Positions 1 to 9,129 are shown, numbered from the stretch's first letter. The stretch is 64,000 bases of DNA from Bdellovibrionales bacterium (GCA_027317865.1 DAHVQG010000004.1:1-64000), one strand, 5' to 3'. Notes: generated by a model not told the origin, from the letters alone. A program made the numbers and translations.

Positions 1-1
1 G

Positions 2-100
2 AAACGCAAGCCAAGACAAAAGACGGCAAAAAATACTGAAAGTTTATCCGGCGATATCACGCGTTTTGAAGACATTCAAAACGATCTCGCCGATGCGTAA
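2..100 (+). CDS. 3' end of a hypothetical protein, truncated by the window edge; probably part of the integrative element
   Basis: Open frame KRKPRQKTAKNTESLSGDITRFEDIQNDLADA* ending TAA at 98-100, same strand as the HTH and integrase genes. Confidence 0.5.
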   Translation, partial: KRKPRQKTAKNTESLSGDITRFEDIQNDLADA

Positions 101-139
101 ATTTCCAAATCAATCTTGAAAATCTATGGAGTAAATTTT

Positions 140-364
140 ATGATGAAGTCACATCGAGGGTCGAAGTCGGCCCTCTCGCTCTTTGAAAATTTAGCTGAAG
201 AATGGTTGTCAACAAATGATGTTGCAAAGTTTCTTTCACTTAGTCCGAATGCTGTTCGCATAATGGTGTGTCGAGGATTTTTAAAGTCTTACCATTTGCG
301 AGGGCGTTTGAGATTTCGAAAATCTGATTGCGCGGCTCTAATCGACAAGAAAGGAGCCAGATAA
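140..364 (+). CDS. Excisionase-like helix-turn-helix DNA-binding protein (HTH_17-like)
   Basis: WLSTNDVAKFLSLSPNAVRIMV...GRLRFRKSD is a typical Xis/HTH_17 pattern; GGAG at 128-131; TAATG overlap with the integrase start. Confidence 0.8.
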   Translation: MMKSHRGSKSALSLFENLAEEWLSTNDVAKFLSLSPNAVRIMVCRGFLKSYHLRGRLRFRKSDCAALIDKKGAR

Positions 365-1455
365 TGGCAATCAAAAGTTACGAATTAAACGGAAAGAAAC
401 TATATGAAGTGTATGTCAATGGATTTGATAGACGGGGCCAAAGAATTCAAATGCGAAAACGCTCTATCGAGACGCGCAAGCGCGCTGAAAAGGTGGAGTT
501 TGATTTTGAGTTCGAGCTCAGAAAACTTCGCGGCGAAAAAATGCCACTCACATGGAGTGAATGGTTCGCGAAGGTTCTCGGTCAAATTCGACTTGAATTT
601 ATGCCTTCAACCGTAATGGAATATGAATCATGTCTAAATACTTGGGTGACACCACGTTGGAAAGACAAACTGATAAAGGATATTACGAAGCAAGATGTTT
701 ACGACATTGTGTATCGTGAATTTGACTGTCAGCTTTCACCGAACTCACGCCGGAACCTATTGAAATACATTAGGCGCGTTTTTAATACGGCAGTAGAACA
801 AGGTGAACTTAATCGTAATCCGGCACTGGGTATCAAGGTCAAAGTGCCCGATACTGAGCAGAAGGTTTTAAATCCAACCGAGGTTCAAAAGCTGCTCAGC
901 GAAGCTCGACTTTGCGGTCACAAATTTTATCCAATTTGGGTGGTGGCAGTGATGACGGGTATGAGATCTGGCGAATTGTTCGCGTTGAAGTGGACCGATA
1001 TTGATTTTGAAAACAGATTGATTTCGGTAACTAAACAATGGACATCCAAAAATGGTCTTTGCCCAACAAAGAATAAACATCACCGAAAAGTTCCAATGGC
1101 CGCGCAATTGGTTAAATTTCTCAAGGAGCTCAAAATCAAGTCTGATGGCGAGTTTGTTCTTCCCCGCTTATGGCAATGGGAGAAGGGGCAGCAGGCGCAA
1201 ATCCTTCGAGATTTTTGCCAAGGTATAGGGATAACTCCAATCAAGTTCCATGATCTACGAGCGACGTTTATAACGACACTTCTCGCACGAGGTGAATCTA
1301 TTGGCCGAGTGATGATGATGGTGGGCCACGCGGAGCTACGAACCACAAACCTGTATTACAGGAGGGCCGGAGTTGATCTCAATGGCGGCACTGACAAACT
1401 CGGATTCAAGATACCGGATGAAAAAGAGGGGTCTGTTCTTCAGCTTGTCTTGTAA
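364..1455 (+). CDS. Tyrosine recombinase/integrase (phage integrase family)
   Basis: Complete catalytic set: TGMRSGE (R), PTKNK (K), FHDLR (HxxR), VGHA (H), NLYY (Y); N-terminal arm-binding and SAM-like regions. Confidence 0.95.
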   Translation: MAIKSYELNGKKLYEVYVNGFDRRGQRIQMRKRSIETRKRAEKVEFDFEFELRKLRGEKMPLTWSEWFAKVLGQIRLEFMPSTVMEYESCLNTWVTPRWKDKLIKDITKQDVYDIVYREFDCQLSPNSRRNLLKYIRRVFNTAVEQGELNRNPALGIKVKVPDTEQKVLNPTEVQKLLSEARLCGHKFYPIWVVAVMTGMRSGELFALKWTDIDFENRLISVTKQWTSKNGLCPTKNKHHRKVPMAAQLVKFLKELKIKSDGEFVLPRLWQWEKGQQAQILRDFCQGIGITPIKFHDLRATFITTLLARGESIGRVMMMVGHAELRTTNLYYRRAGVDLNGGTDKLGFKIPDEKEGSVLQLVL

Positions 1456-1464
1456 GCAAGAAAA

Positions 1465-1511
1465 TTGCTACAAGTTGCTACAACTGGTACTTAAAATATC
1501 AGTTGTGGCAA
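1465..1511 (+). repeat. Direct repeat TTGCTACAA x2 plus a 15-bp inverted repeat (att arm sites and/or hairpin)
   Basis: TTGCTACAA at 1465-1473 and 1475-1483; 1475-1489 pairs with 1497-1511 (two G-U pairs, 7-nt loop). Confidence 0.75.
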
Positions 1512-1529
1512 GGGTTTAGATTTTGGGGT

Positions 1530-1796
1530 TCAACCGCCCCATTTGACGGCCCCTACATTTGCCATAGGAAAATTCTTTTCTACGGGACCGTTCCATTTCT
1601 GCATATGGAATCCGTCGACGTGGCTGGAGCAAATAGTTTAACATATAAATTCCATAACCTATGTCCACAGGCATATTACTTTGATATTGCACCGATCGGC
1701 ACAAATAACCAGGCGAGCATATCCATTGGAGTGTTATTCGCGACGGTTAATGGCCAAGACGTCACAGCAGTAGCTACTAAAGGTTGGCAAAACTGA
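1530..1796 (+). pseudogene. 3' fragment of a fibronectin type III domain gene
   Basis: YGT-x22-NLCPQAYYF aligns without gaps to YGT-x22-NLAPATYYF of the intact FN3 lipoprotein at 20886-21395; no signal peptide or RBS-supported start. Confidence 0.65.
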
Positions 1797-1849
1797 TCTT
1801 TTATGTTCAGGATCGTTGGCGCTAAATCGGTGAGACGATTGTTAACAAG

Positions 1850-4741
1850 TCACTCCAGCGACTGAGGGTAAGTGACGTTTAACTTATCGTCGAGTGTGCC
1901 CGTTCCGACTTGCCCGTACTGGTTCTCACCCCAACATTCGATGTTACCGGAAACAATCGCACAAGCCGTATCTGATCCTTCCGTTGTCGAAGCAGATTGA
2001 ACTCCACTCGATATAATTTCACCTGGTGAACTGTAGTTATAACTCGTGGTTGTTGTACCATTAGCAAAAAGGCCGTGATTGTTGTGTGCAGGACAACAAC
2101 CGCCATCTCCCCAACCATAGAGAGCGCCGGATGTGGTAAGCGCAAAAAAACCGGAGTTGCTCGCGGCACCCATGACCGATGCGACACCAGAAGTCAGCGG
2201 GGCACCTACGGCAGCTGGAAGAGCACTGTTCGACTGGCCATAACCCACTGTACTCCAACACTCGACTGCGCCAGACGCGACGGCGCACGAGGCAAGCGTG
2301 GCCACGGCCGTACTCGTGACACCAGAACTAAGGCCATAAACTTGTGCAGGTGATGACGTTGGGTAGTCTGAAACCGTGGGTGAACCATCGCCCAGATCAT
2401 CGTAACCATTGTTACCAAAACATTTTAAATCACCGCCTGTCTCGACAACACACGCATGGCTGCCGTCATCCGCAACCGATATCGCACCAGGACTCACAAG
2501 TTGTGGTGTCGACGAACTCGGCATATAGCTGCCGCCCCCGCCCCAACAATACAGTGCGCCACCAGCCGTAATTGCACAAATTTCGTCACCCTCAGACGAA
2601 ATTTGTGTTGCCTTAAGTGGTGTGCCACTGATTGCAACTTCAACCGGAGTCGACGAATTGCTTGTCCCACCGTTGCCAAGTTCGCCATCGCCGCCATATC
2701 CCCAACACCAAATCGTGTTGTCTGATTTCAGCGCACACGCAAACCCGGATGGCGTACCGCTGGCCATTGCCGCAACGATTTTCGAAACACCGCTTGTAAG
2801 ATTAGACACCGAAACTGGCGCTAAGCTCGAAGTCGTAGTGCCGTTGCCAAGTTCGCCGTAAGTATTATCGCCCCAACATTTTACGCCGCCGCTAATAAGC
2901 GCACACGTAAAATCACCGCCAACCGCGACTTGTTGAAGTGGGGATGTCGTGATGCTATCGAAATTAAACAAACTGGCAGTGTAGCTGAAACTCGCTGGCG
3001 AAGCCGTCACAGTCGACTTTTCAGGCGCTGAGTCCTCAACATAAAATGTTTGGCTGTCAGACCCGACACCGATTGACACACTTGCCGTGGTAGTTGAACA
3101 ACCCGCCGCTGCGTAAATTGCGGCCGAACCTGAAGCACTCAGGCCCACCGTAAGAGCACTGCCCGTAACAGTGCTTGGGTTGCCATAAGTATCAGTTGTG
3201 GTCACTGTGTATGGCCCCGCACATGTACCCGGTGTTTCAAATGTTGGCCCCGTTATAGACAAAGTATTAGAAGTGGCCGCTAAAACCGTGACCGATGTGC
3301 TCGGACCGCCCCAATACAAATTACCGGCCCCCGAAATATTCGGAGTCATGCTTTCAGCGCGAATATCTTGAAAATAGTAAGTAACGGAACTTTGACCGGC
3401 AGGCATGCTGAGTGCCGACGCCGATATCACCCCAGAGCACCCGCTGGTCGTAAATATCGTACTACGACTGCCATAGTTTTGAAGAGTAAAGGTACTCGTA
3501 TTGGGCACGGTCATCACAGTGTTTTTTGCGTCTTCAGCAGTTACAGTAAAAGAAACACACGTTCCAGCCGAAAAACTGGACGCGCTAAAAGTAATTACGG
3601 GGTCGAGATCCCAAGCTTGATTATCACTTGGAGAATTGGTTAACCCAGATGCGCTGGCATACCACTGATCTGATTCAACTGCGCTGTCCGAATAATAGAT
3701 GCTTCCGGTGTTGGATTGCCCGACAGCAATCGTTGCGGTTGTCGTCGAAGTAGTGCAAGCCGAATCACTGTAAAATTTTTGATTCGTGCTTGTGGCATTT
3801 AGATTTACTGTTAGAGCCGATCCGGAAACTGTGGCTGTGTTACCATAGGCGTCTTCTACACCGATGTTTGTGCCATAGCAGCCGTTTACCAAAACGGAAT
3901 TCGCAGGGCCAGTAAGTCCGATTAGTTTTGCTGGATGGCCGGCTACCACTGAAATTGCGTTTGAGCATGCGCTCGTAAGACCGCTTGATGAGGCGCCAAT
4001 ATAGAAGGTGCCAGATTTTGTGTAATTCGCTCCCGAAAAAGTGGCGACGCCAGATGACGGGGTAAGCGGATTAGTTGATGCGCCGAAGGTGCCGCTTCCG
4101 GCACTCGTGCAGGCACTGTTTGTATACGCTGCAAGTTTTACTGAATTCGTGGCACTTGTCACCACGTTACCGTAAGAGTCTTCAACCGTAATTGCTGGCT
4201 GAGTGGTAAAACTGACTCCGGCTGTGCCGCTCGATGAGGGTTCTGTCGAAAAAATGAGCTTTGCTGGGTTGCCCGGAGTGATGGTAACCGCATTTGAACA
4301 CGCTGATTTGAGCCCGCTTGATGAGGCACCAATATAAATCGTTGTTGTTGTGCCCCCATAATTGGCGCCGGTAAATGAAGCCACACCTAATGATGCCGCT
4401 AAATTATTGTTTGATACAGTGAATGTGCCCGCCGCCGGTGTCGTGCAACTTGGATCGGTGTAAGCGGCAAGCGTCACGGTATTGGTCGCGGATGTCACCA
4501 AGTTACCGTTTGAATCTTCAATTTCAACAGTAGGCTGCACGCTAAACGTGACCCCAGCGCCAGCGCTTGAAGAAGGTTCAGCGCTAAACGCAAGCTGAAC
4601 GGGAGGGGCGACTACTTGGTTATTACCGCTAGACGCGTTCATCCCGCTAATGCTAGTCGTACATGCGGAGGCAATCGCACAAATGGCCCCTAAAATAACA
4701 AGCCAACTGGTTTGCTTGAATGTACGCCAACCGCACTTCAC
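1850..4741 (-). CDS. Large surface lipoprotein with tandem Ig/invasin-like repeats and a C-terminal RCC1-like beta-propeller
   Basis: Lipobox-like IASAC; Ser/Thr-rich repeats with ED(S/A)xGN; RCC1 motifs CWGDNTYGELGNG, CWGYGGDGELGNG, CWGENQYGQVG. Confidence 0.85.
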   Translation of the reverse strand: MKCGWRTFKQTSWLVILGAICAIASACTTSISGMNASSGNNQVVAPPVQLAFSAEPSSSAGAGVTFSVQPTVEIEDSNGNLVTSATNTVTLAAYTDPSCTTPAAGTFTVSNNNLAASLGVASFTGANYGGTTTTIYIGASSSGLKSACSNAVTITPGNPAKLIFSTEPSSSGTAGVSFTTQPAITVEDSYGNVVTSATNSVKLAAYTNSACTSAGSGTFGASTNPLTPSSGVATFSGANYTKSGTFYIGASSSGLTSACSNAISVVAGHPAKLIGLTGPANSVLVNGCYGTNIGVEDAYGNTATVSGSALTVNLNATSTNQKFYSDSACTTSTTTATIAVGQSNTGSIYYSDSAVESDQWYASASGLTNSPSDNQAWDLDPVITFSASSFSAGTCVSFTVTAEDAKNTVMTVPNTSTFTLQNYGSRSTIFTTSGCSGVISASALSMPAGQSSVTYYFQDIRAESMTPNISGAGNLYWGGPSTSVTVLAATSNTLSITGPTFETPGTCAGPYTVTTTDTYGNPSTVTGSALTVGLSASGSAAIYAAAGCSTTTASVSIGVGSDSQTFYVEDSAPEKSTVTASPASFSYTASLFNFDSITTSPLQQVAVGGDFTCALISGGVKCWGDNTYGELGNGTTTSSLAPVSVSNLTSGVSKIVAAMASGTPSGFACALKSDNTIWCWGYGGDGELGNGGTSNSSTPVEVAISGTPLKATQISSEGDEICAITAGGALYCWGGGGSYMPSSSTPQLVSPGAISVADDGSHACVVETGGDLKCFGNNGYDDLGDGSPTVSDYPTSSPAQVYGLSSGVTSTAVATLASCAVASGAVECWSTVGYGQSNSALPAAVGAPLTSGVASVMGAASNSGFFALTTSGALYGWGDGGCCPAHNNHGLFANGTTTTSYNYSSPGEIISSGVQSASTTEGSDTACAIVSGNIECWGENQYGQVGTGTLDDKLNVTYPQSLE
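3938..4606 (-). repeat. Two intragenic ~111-aa Ig-like domain repeats
   Basis: LAFSAEPSSSAGAG...SSSGLKSACSNA versus LIFSTEPSSSGTAG...SSSGLTSACSNA. Confidence 0.85.
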
Positions 4742-4868
4742 AAAACGTCCCCCTGTAACAATATTTTAACATATTCCTTAATAATTTCGAAGAACCGTGC
4801 AAATAAACATGCGTGCTTTATTAAAAAATATCTCATGTTGATAAGCGAATATGTCTCAAACTTATACA

Positions 4869-6026
4869 TTAAGGCACCCCATAAGAGACTCCAAAGTTAA
4901 TGGCATTCGCTTTAGCAGTTACCGCGTCTTGAACAAATTCATCCTGAAGAAATTCGAGATTGAACGTTATACTTCGCTTATAGTCATATTGCTTTATCCA
5001 CGAAACGCCAATACTTGCCTCATGACTCAAAAGACTCGTTGAAACCTGCGTACCTGAAGGAGAATACCTCAGATTAAAAACTAAACTATTTTTGTTATTT
5101 ATGTTATATCTGACAATGGGGTAAAGCTCAGGCCCCCATAAATTATTGATGCCAAAATTCGCCCCCGAATGTAGCATCGTCATATAGTACAAGCCGCCCG
5201 CAACTCCGATGGACCACTTATGCGGTTTGATTGGCATAAGGTAGATTAAATCACTATTGAACCCCCAAAACCGGGCCGACATTTCACTTTGGTTTGTAGA
5301 AAACGGGACATCACCGACAACATCCATGAAAGCGCTGGCATCAACCGACCACCGCCTTGAAAAAAAATGTTGGTAAGAAACATTCGCGGCGACCATTTTT
5401 TCATATATATTATTTTTATTTGTTTGCGAATAGTTCACCGAACGGGCTTCAAGCCCAAACTTCCATTTTGAAGAATTCTTTAATCGCTGTCGGGCTTTCG
5501 CAATTTGCAGGCATCGTGCTTTACTAATGGCCATCGACAACATGTAATTTCGCGAACGCCCGTTTTTCGTCGCCTGAAATGGGACTTCCACATACTTAAA
5601 CGGTAAGGTTAGATAAATATTAAAATGCCCATTCGCATCCGCCCAAATTTGTTTCTGACTTGGGGACATTTCTTTTAACGACAACGCACTCGTTTGCATG
5701 CGCGAATTAATCGATGTGGCATTGGGTTGAAAATTAATTTTTACTTCAGGATCGGTTTCGCCTTCGAGTACAAAACGCGCATGGTGAGGATCTACGAACC
5801 GAATAAACTTCGGCGCGGACCATTGAACGTGAAAATGTTTATCCGACGGTCGAGCAACTTTCTGCGTGGGAGCCGCAAAAGCCAATTTTGGTTTGATCGT
5901 GACGACGAAGACGCTTAAGACCAAAAACGCGCGAAGCAAAAAAATAATAATTGCCCGTCCCATTTTTTGCTTTTCAAAAACGTCACCGCAAGTTCGATTT
6001 GCTAAATATTGGCGGACATAAGACAT
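4869..6026 (-). CDS. Secreted protein with a probable C-terminal outer-membrane beta-barrel
   Basis: Hydrophobic segment ending LAFA; amphipathic strands in the C-terminal half ending INFGVSYGVP. Confidence 0.6.
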   Translation of the reverse strand: MSYVRQYLANRTCGDVFEKQKMGRAIIIFLLRAFLVLSVFVVTIKPKLAFAAPTQKVARPSDKHFHVQWSAPKFIRFVDPHHARFVLEGETDPEVKINFQPNATSINSRMQTSALSLKEMSPSQKQIWADANGHFNIYLTLPFKYVEVPFQATKNGRSRNYMLSMAISKARCLQIAKARQRLKNSSKWKFGLEARSVNYSQTNKNNIYEKMVAANVSYQHFFSRRWSVDASAFMDVVGDVPFSTNQSEMSARFWGFNSDLIYLMPIKPHKWSIGVAGGLYYMTMLHSGANFGINNLWGPELYPIVRYNINNKNSLVFNLRYSPSGTQVSTSLLSHEASIGVSWIKQYDYKRSITFNLEFLQDEFVQDAVTAKANAINFGVSYGVP

Positions 6027-6033
6027 CTCTTTC

Positions 6034-6060
6034 GTATCGGCAAAAATTCAGCAAAATTAT
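6034..6060 (-). promoter_or_regulatory. Sigma28 (FliA)-like promoter
   Basis: ATAA-N15-GCCGATAC on the minus strand, 7 nt before the ATG at 6026. Confidence 0.5.
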
Positions 6061-6393
6061 ATACTTAACTCATCCGCAATTGCCTGAACAAACATAATTA
6101 CGCCAACCATTTGGTCTACCGGCCGGGCCACAGTCGAGATACCCAAGGTTAAAATGCGAATTAATGGCTGTACACAAATATGCAAGTCTGATTGTTCTAA
6201 GTTTTTCTATAGAACACTTTTTTTCTACAATGTTTACAGTTTAGACTTTAGGCCAAACGACAGCATTGCTGAGCGGCCGAATCATCTCTTGAATTCGAAA
6301 TTGCGCACATTTTGTATTGCGGATTTCGGAATGTTGAGACGACGGCTCAAAAACTCGACCGCTCGAATGAGTTCGTCCCATAATCACGCCCGT

Positions 6394-6855
6394 TTACTTG
6401 GCAATAACAGCCCGGCTTTTCAGTGCCAGAAAATGCCGGTTATCCGCGACTCTAGTGAAGTATCGCAGATTTTCAAACAAAAATACGTAGGTGGGCTTGG
6501 TCATTGTAACCAAATTCGAATCGAAATAGAGATTCTCCAAGGCCGACGACAAATCACTCCCATAAGGTAGCAACAGAGAAAGTTTCGCGGCCATTGTTTT
6601 AAAATCCTTGCGATTTAAAGTGCGGATAGTACCCTTGCGGACAATATTCGTTACGACTCCAACCGCATCGTAATAACGACTTCCACTTGTATCTTGCGAA
6701 GCTGACGTTTGCGCCAAGTCTTTCGCACAAGCTGTTGCGGCCCCGTTGAGTTGAGTGTTCGGCGCTGCAAGCGCAGTCCATCCAACTAAAATCAAACCCA
6801 AGAACAAAGTGACTGTTTTAAAAATGACTACTTTAAAATTCATTTTCACCTTCAT
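6394..6855 (-). CDS. Secreted hypothetical protein
   Basis: Signal peptide ending WTALA; ATG 6855 chosen within ORF 6394-6903. Confidence 0.65.
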   Translation of the reverse strand: MKVKMNFKVVIFKTVTLFLGLILVGWTALAAPNTQLNGAATACAKDLAQTSASQDTSGSRYYDAVGVVTNIVRKGTIRTLNRKDFKTMAAKLSLLLPYGSDLSSALENLYFDSNLVTMTKPTYVFLFENLRYFTRVADNRHFLALKSRAVIAK

Positions 6856-7033
6856 GTTTAAATCGGCACCGTGCAATTTACTTGTCGCAATGCTATTTCT
6901 CAATAATGAGATTTTTCAAAATTCATGACCTTTTTCGGCCGAGTTGTTTTTCATTACATTTTCTTCTATTTTTGCCCGCAAACTATTTTTAGCTTATAAA
7001 TGATAAATGAGTTTGAAATTTGACGTTGCCCCA

Positions 7034-7061
7034 GAGTGAAGATTAAAAATTAATCTTACTC
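7034..7061. promoter_or_regulatory. Inverted repeat AAGATTAA-N3-TTAATCTT (putative operator or hairpin)
   Basis: Perfect 8-bp arms at 7039-7046 and 7050-7057, extended by GAGT/ACTC. Confidence 0.45.
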
Positions 7062-7099
7062 CCCGAGCAGCAAGACAGTAAAAACAAGGAGCCAGAAAT

Positions 7100-7504
7100 A
7101 TGCAAAATTCCGTCGTACAGCAGAGTTCCAAATGCCGCCCCTACTGGATTCTCGCCACGGCCGGCGTACTGTTCGCGGTCGCCACACTACTCGGCGCGCT
7201 CGAAGCCCACGTTCTGCCTTCACGTTTATCCCCCGGCGCGCTTGATATCTTTGCCACAGGTGTACGCTATCACTTTTACAATACGCTTGGTCTTCTTGCG
7301 ATTGGGCTCACGGCTTGCATCGTCGAATCACGACTATTGCGCTGGTCTGCAGTGCTCGTCATTATCGGCATAGTGCTCTTCTCGGGGAGCATTTATTGGC
7401 TCGCATTCGGAGCCCCGACCATAATCGGTTTTGCAACACCTCTCGGCGGGCTCTCGCTTATCATCGCCTGGATTCTCTACGCAATCGGTGTAATGCGACG
7501 ATAA
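7100..7504 (+). CDS. DUF423 (YgdD/TMEM256 family) membrane protein
   Basis: LGALEAH, FATGVRYHFY, LFSGSIY, TPLGG motifs. Confidence 0.9.
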   Translation: MQNSVVQQSSKCRPYWILATAGVLFAVATLLGALEAHVLPSRLSPGALDIFATGVRYHFYNTLGLLAIGLTACIVESRLLRWSAVLVIIGIVLFSGSIYWLAFGAPTIIGFATPLGGLSLIIAWILYAIGVMRR

Positions 7505-7635
7505 ATTCAGTTATTTGAAAATTGCTCCGACGTTTGGCCAGTTCAATATGGCGGCTAGACTTAATCCACATCCGCGCAACTCTATTACCAAATCAAAAAA
7601 TTTATCTTAAACTTAAACAAAATGGAGAAGCATCT

Positions 7636-8331
7636 ATGAAGTCAAAACCATGGGCGATTAAAGCCATTTCAATTTCACTGCTGCTGGTGCCAATCGCACT
7701 GCTCATTTTGCTTTACGTTTCAAAATCGATGGGACGAACGACGCAAATTACTGCCGGCATGATCGAACTCATTGCTCTTTTCGGAGTCGCCAGTATTGTC
7801 GCTGCCTATAGCGTTTGGCGCGTCCGCCCCTGGGGATATATTTTATTGTTTATCTTTGGTGCCGTCATCATTGGCGCCGATACACAGCAGCTCATCGCAA
7901 ACCCAAAAAGCCTCAATCCGTTTTATTTTGTTGATCTGATACTCGTAGTTGCTGCGTTCTTCCTGATGTCGCGCAGCCGGGTTCGAGAAGCCTACTTTAA
8001 CCCCAAAATCCGTTGGTGGGAGCGACCTGAACGTCATCCAGTGAAATTCGATGGAGTGTTTGAAATGAATAGCGAAAAAATCACGGCCCCCATTTTAGAC
8101 ATTTCAGTTGGCGGATGCTTTGTCGATTTGCACAAGCCCAGCCAGATTGGCGAAACAATGAAAATTCAATTCAACCAAAATGGTGTCCAACTTACTTGTG
8201 TGGGCCGCATTGTTCGTTCGAGCGAAGATCCGCGCGGTATTGGCATTATGTTTATGAATTTGTCACGTTCTGATCGAAAGCAAATCAAACAGATCATCAA
8301 TGGTTTGATATCGCTAAAAAATGTGGCTTAA
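7636..8331 (+). CDS. Membrane protein with a C-terminal PilZ domain
   Basis: Four TM helices, then NPKIRWWE..R and DISVGG (DxSxxG), GIGIMF; GGAG before ATG 7636. Confidence 0.85.
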   Translation: MKSKPWAIKAISISLLLVPIALLILLYVSKSMGRTTQITAGMIELIALFGVASIVAAYSVWRVRPWGYILLFIFGAVIIGADTQQLIANPKSLNPFYFVDLILVVAAFFLMSRSRVREAYFNPKIRWWERPERHPVKFDGVFEMNSEKITAPILDISVGGCFVDLHKPSQIGETMKIQFNQNGVQLTCVGRIVRSSEDPRGIGIMFMNLSRSDRKQIKQIINGLISLKNVA

Positions 8332-8432
8332 AAATTGGCCAGATGTGTTTTGTAGACTTGCCCACTCGCCGTCGGTGTGCCCCTATTTATTTCTAGACGG
8401 CCGAGCCCGTCGCCTCTATTCTAAAATTCATT

Positions 8433-8924
8433 ATGTGGCACAATATGATGGACTTCAACGTCGCTCCTTTGAATCTTATTCTTCGCGCTGTAGCCGTTTA
8501 TTTTGCGATAGTAATCTTGCTTCGAATTTCGGGTAAACGAGAGCTCGGGCAGATGACCGCGACTGATCTCGTTGCGCTTTTGCTTATCAGCAATGCAGTT
8601 CAAAATTCAATGAACGGCGGAGATAACTCGTTAGTCGGCGGACTGTTGCTTGCTGCCGTTCTTGTGGCCCTGAGTCTTGCCATGTCTCATCTTACTTTTC
8701 GCAGCCGATTTTTTCGCATGGCTCTTGAGGGCACCCCTACGCTATTGATTCACGACGGAAAAATCATTCAAAAGCACTTAGTAAAAGAGCGCATGAATGA
8801 AAGCGAACTTCGAGTGCTGTTACGCGAACAGGGGATTCATGAGCTAAACGAAATTCAGGCCGCTATATTAGAGGCCGATGGCAAACTCAGCGTAATTAAA
8901 TCATCTGATATCTCATCGAAATGA
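8433..8924 (+). CDS. DUF421 (YetF family) membrane protein
   Basis: RISGKRELGQMT..DLV, EGTPTLLIHDG, AILEADGKLSVI. Confidence 0.92.
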   Translation: MWHNMMDFNVAPLNLILRAVAVYFAIVILLRISGKRELGQMTATDLVALLLISNAVQNSMNGGDNSLVGGLLLAAVLVALSLAMSHLTFRSRFFRMALEGTPTLLIHDGKIIQKHLVKERMNESELRVLLREQGIHELNEIQAAILEADGKLSVIKSSDISSK

Positions 8925-9014
8925 AAAATCAAGATTAACTTGCCCAAAATCGATCATCCACGCATTAAACAAAATAATTTTCATTTTTGCCGACCGCCGA
9001 TTGCGCACGATGAC

Positions 9015-9039
9015 TTGCAAAATTAACTTAATCTTGCAA
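9015..9039. promoter_or_regulatory. Near-perfect palindrome TTGCAAAATTAA-C-TTAATCTTGCAA (putative operator)
   Basis: 12-bp arms with 1 mismatch, upstream of the MFS gene. Confidence 0.45.
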
Positions 9040-9129
9040 TTAAAAAATAGTCGTGCGGAAGGTGCGGGCCGAAATCTGATGGCGAAAGGCTCGTGTGGGG
9101 ACCGCCGTTCAACAATCAAATAACTAAAA

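Larger units (their letters stand above)
1..1530 (+). mobile_element. Right end of an integrative element (prophage, ICE or IME)
   Basis: xis-int pair followed by repeats at 1465-1511 and an apparently truncated gene; the right boundary is approximate. Confidence 0.7.

Noticed and set aside
1525..1560. GGGGTTCAACCGCCCC...CCCCTACA as a tRNA or tmRNA 3' remnant (att site)
   Set aside because: No proper T-arm/acceptor geometry or CCA end; the segment reads well as FN3 coding sequence
1850..4741. Diversity-generating retroelement target or template repeats
   Set aside because: No reverse transcriptase in the window, and the repeat differences do not look adenine-specific
6154..6570. 138-aa plus-strand ORF
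   Set aside because: Overlaps a signal-peptide gene on the opposite strand and has no recognisable features
7021..7080. yybP-ykoY riboswitch (GGGGAGTA on the minus strand, GCAAGAC on the plus strand)
   Set aside because: The two elements are on opposite strands; explained by a simple inverted repeat
8985..9112. ZTP riboswitch-like words (GCCGACCGCC, GTCGTG)
   Set aside because: Wrong order and the core motifs are missing
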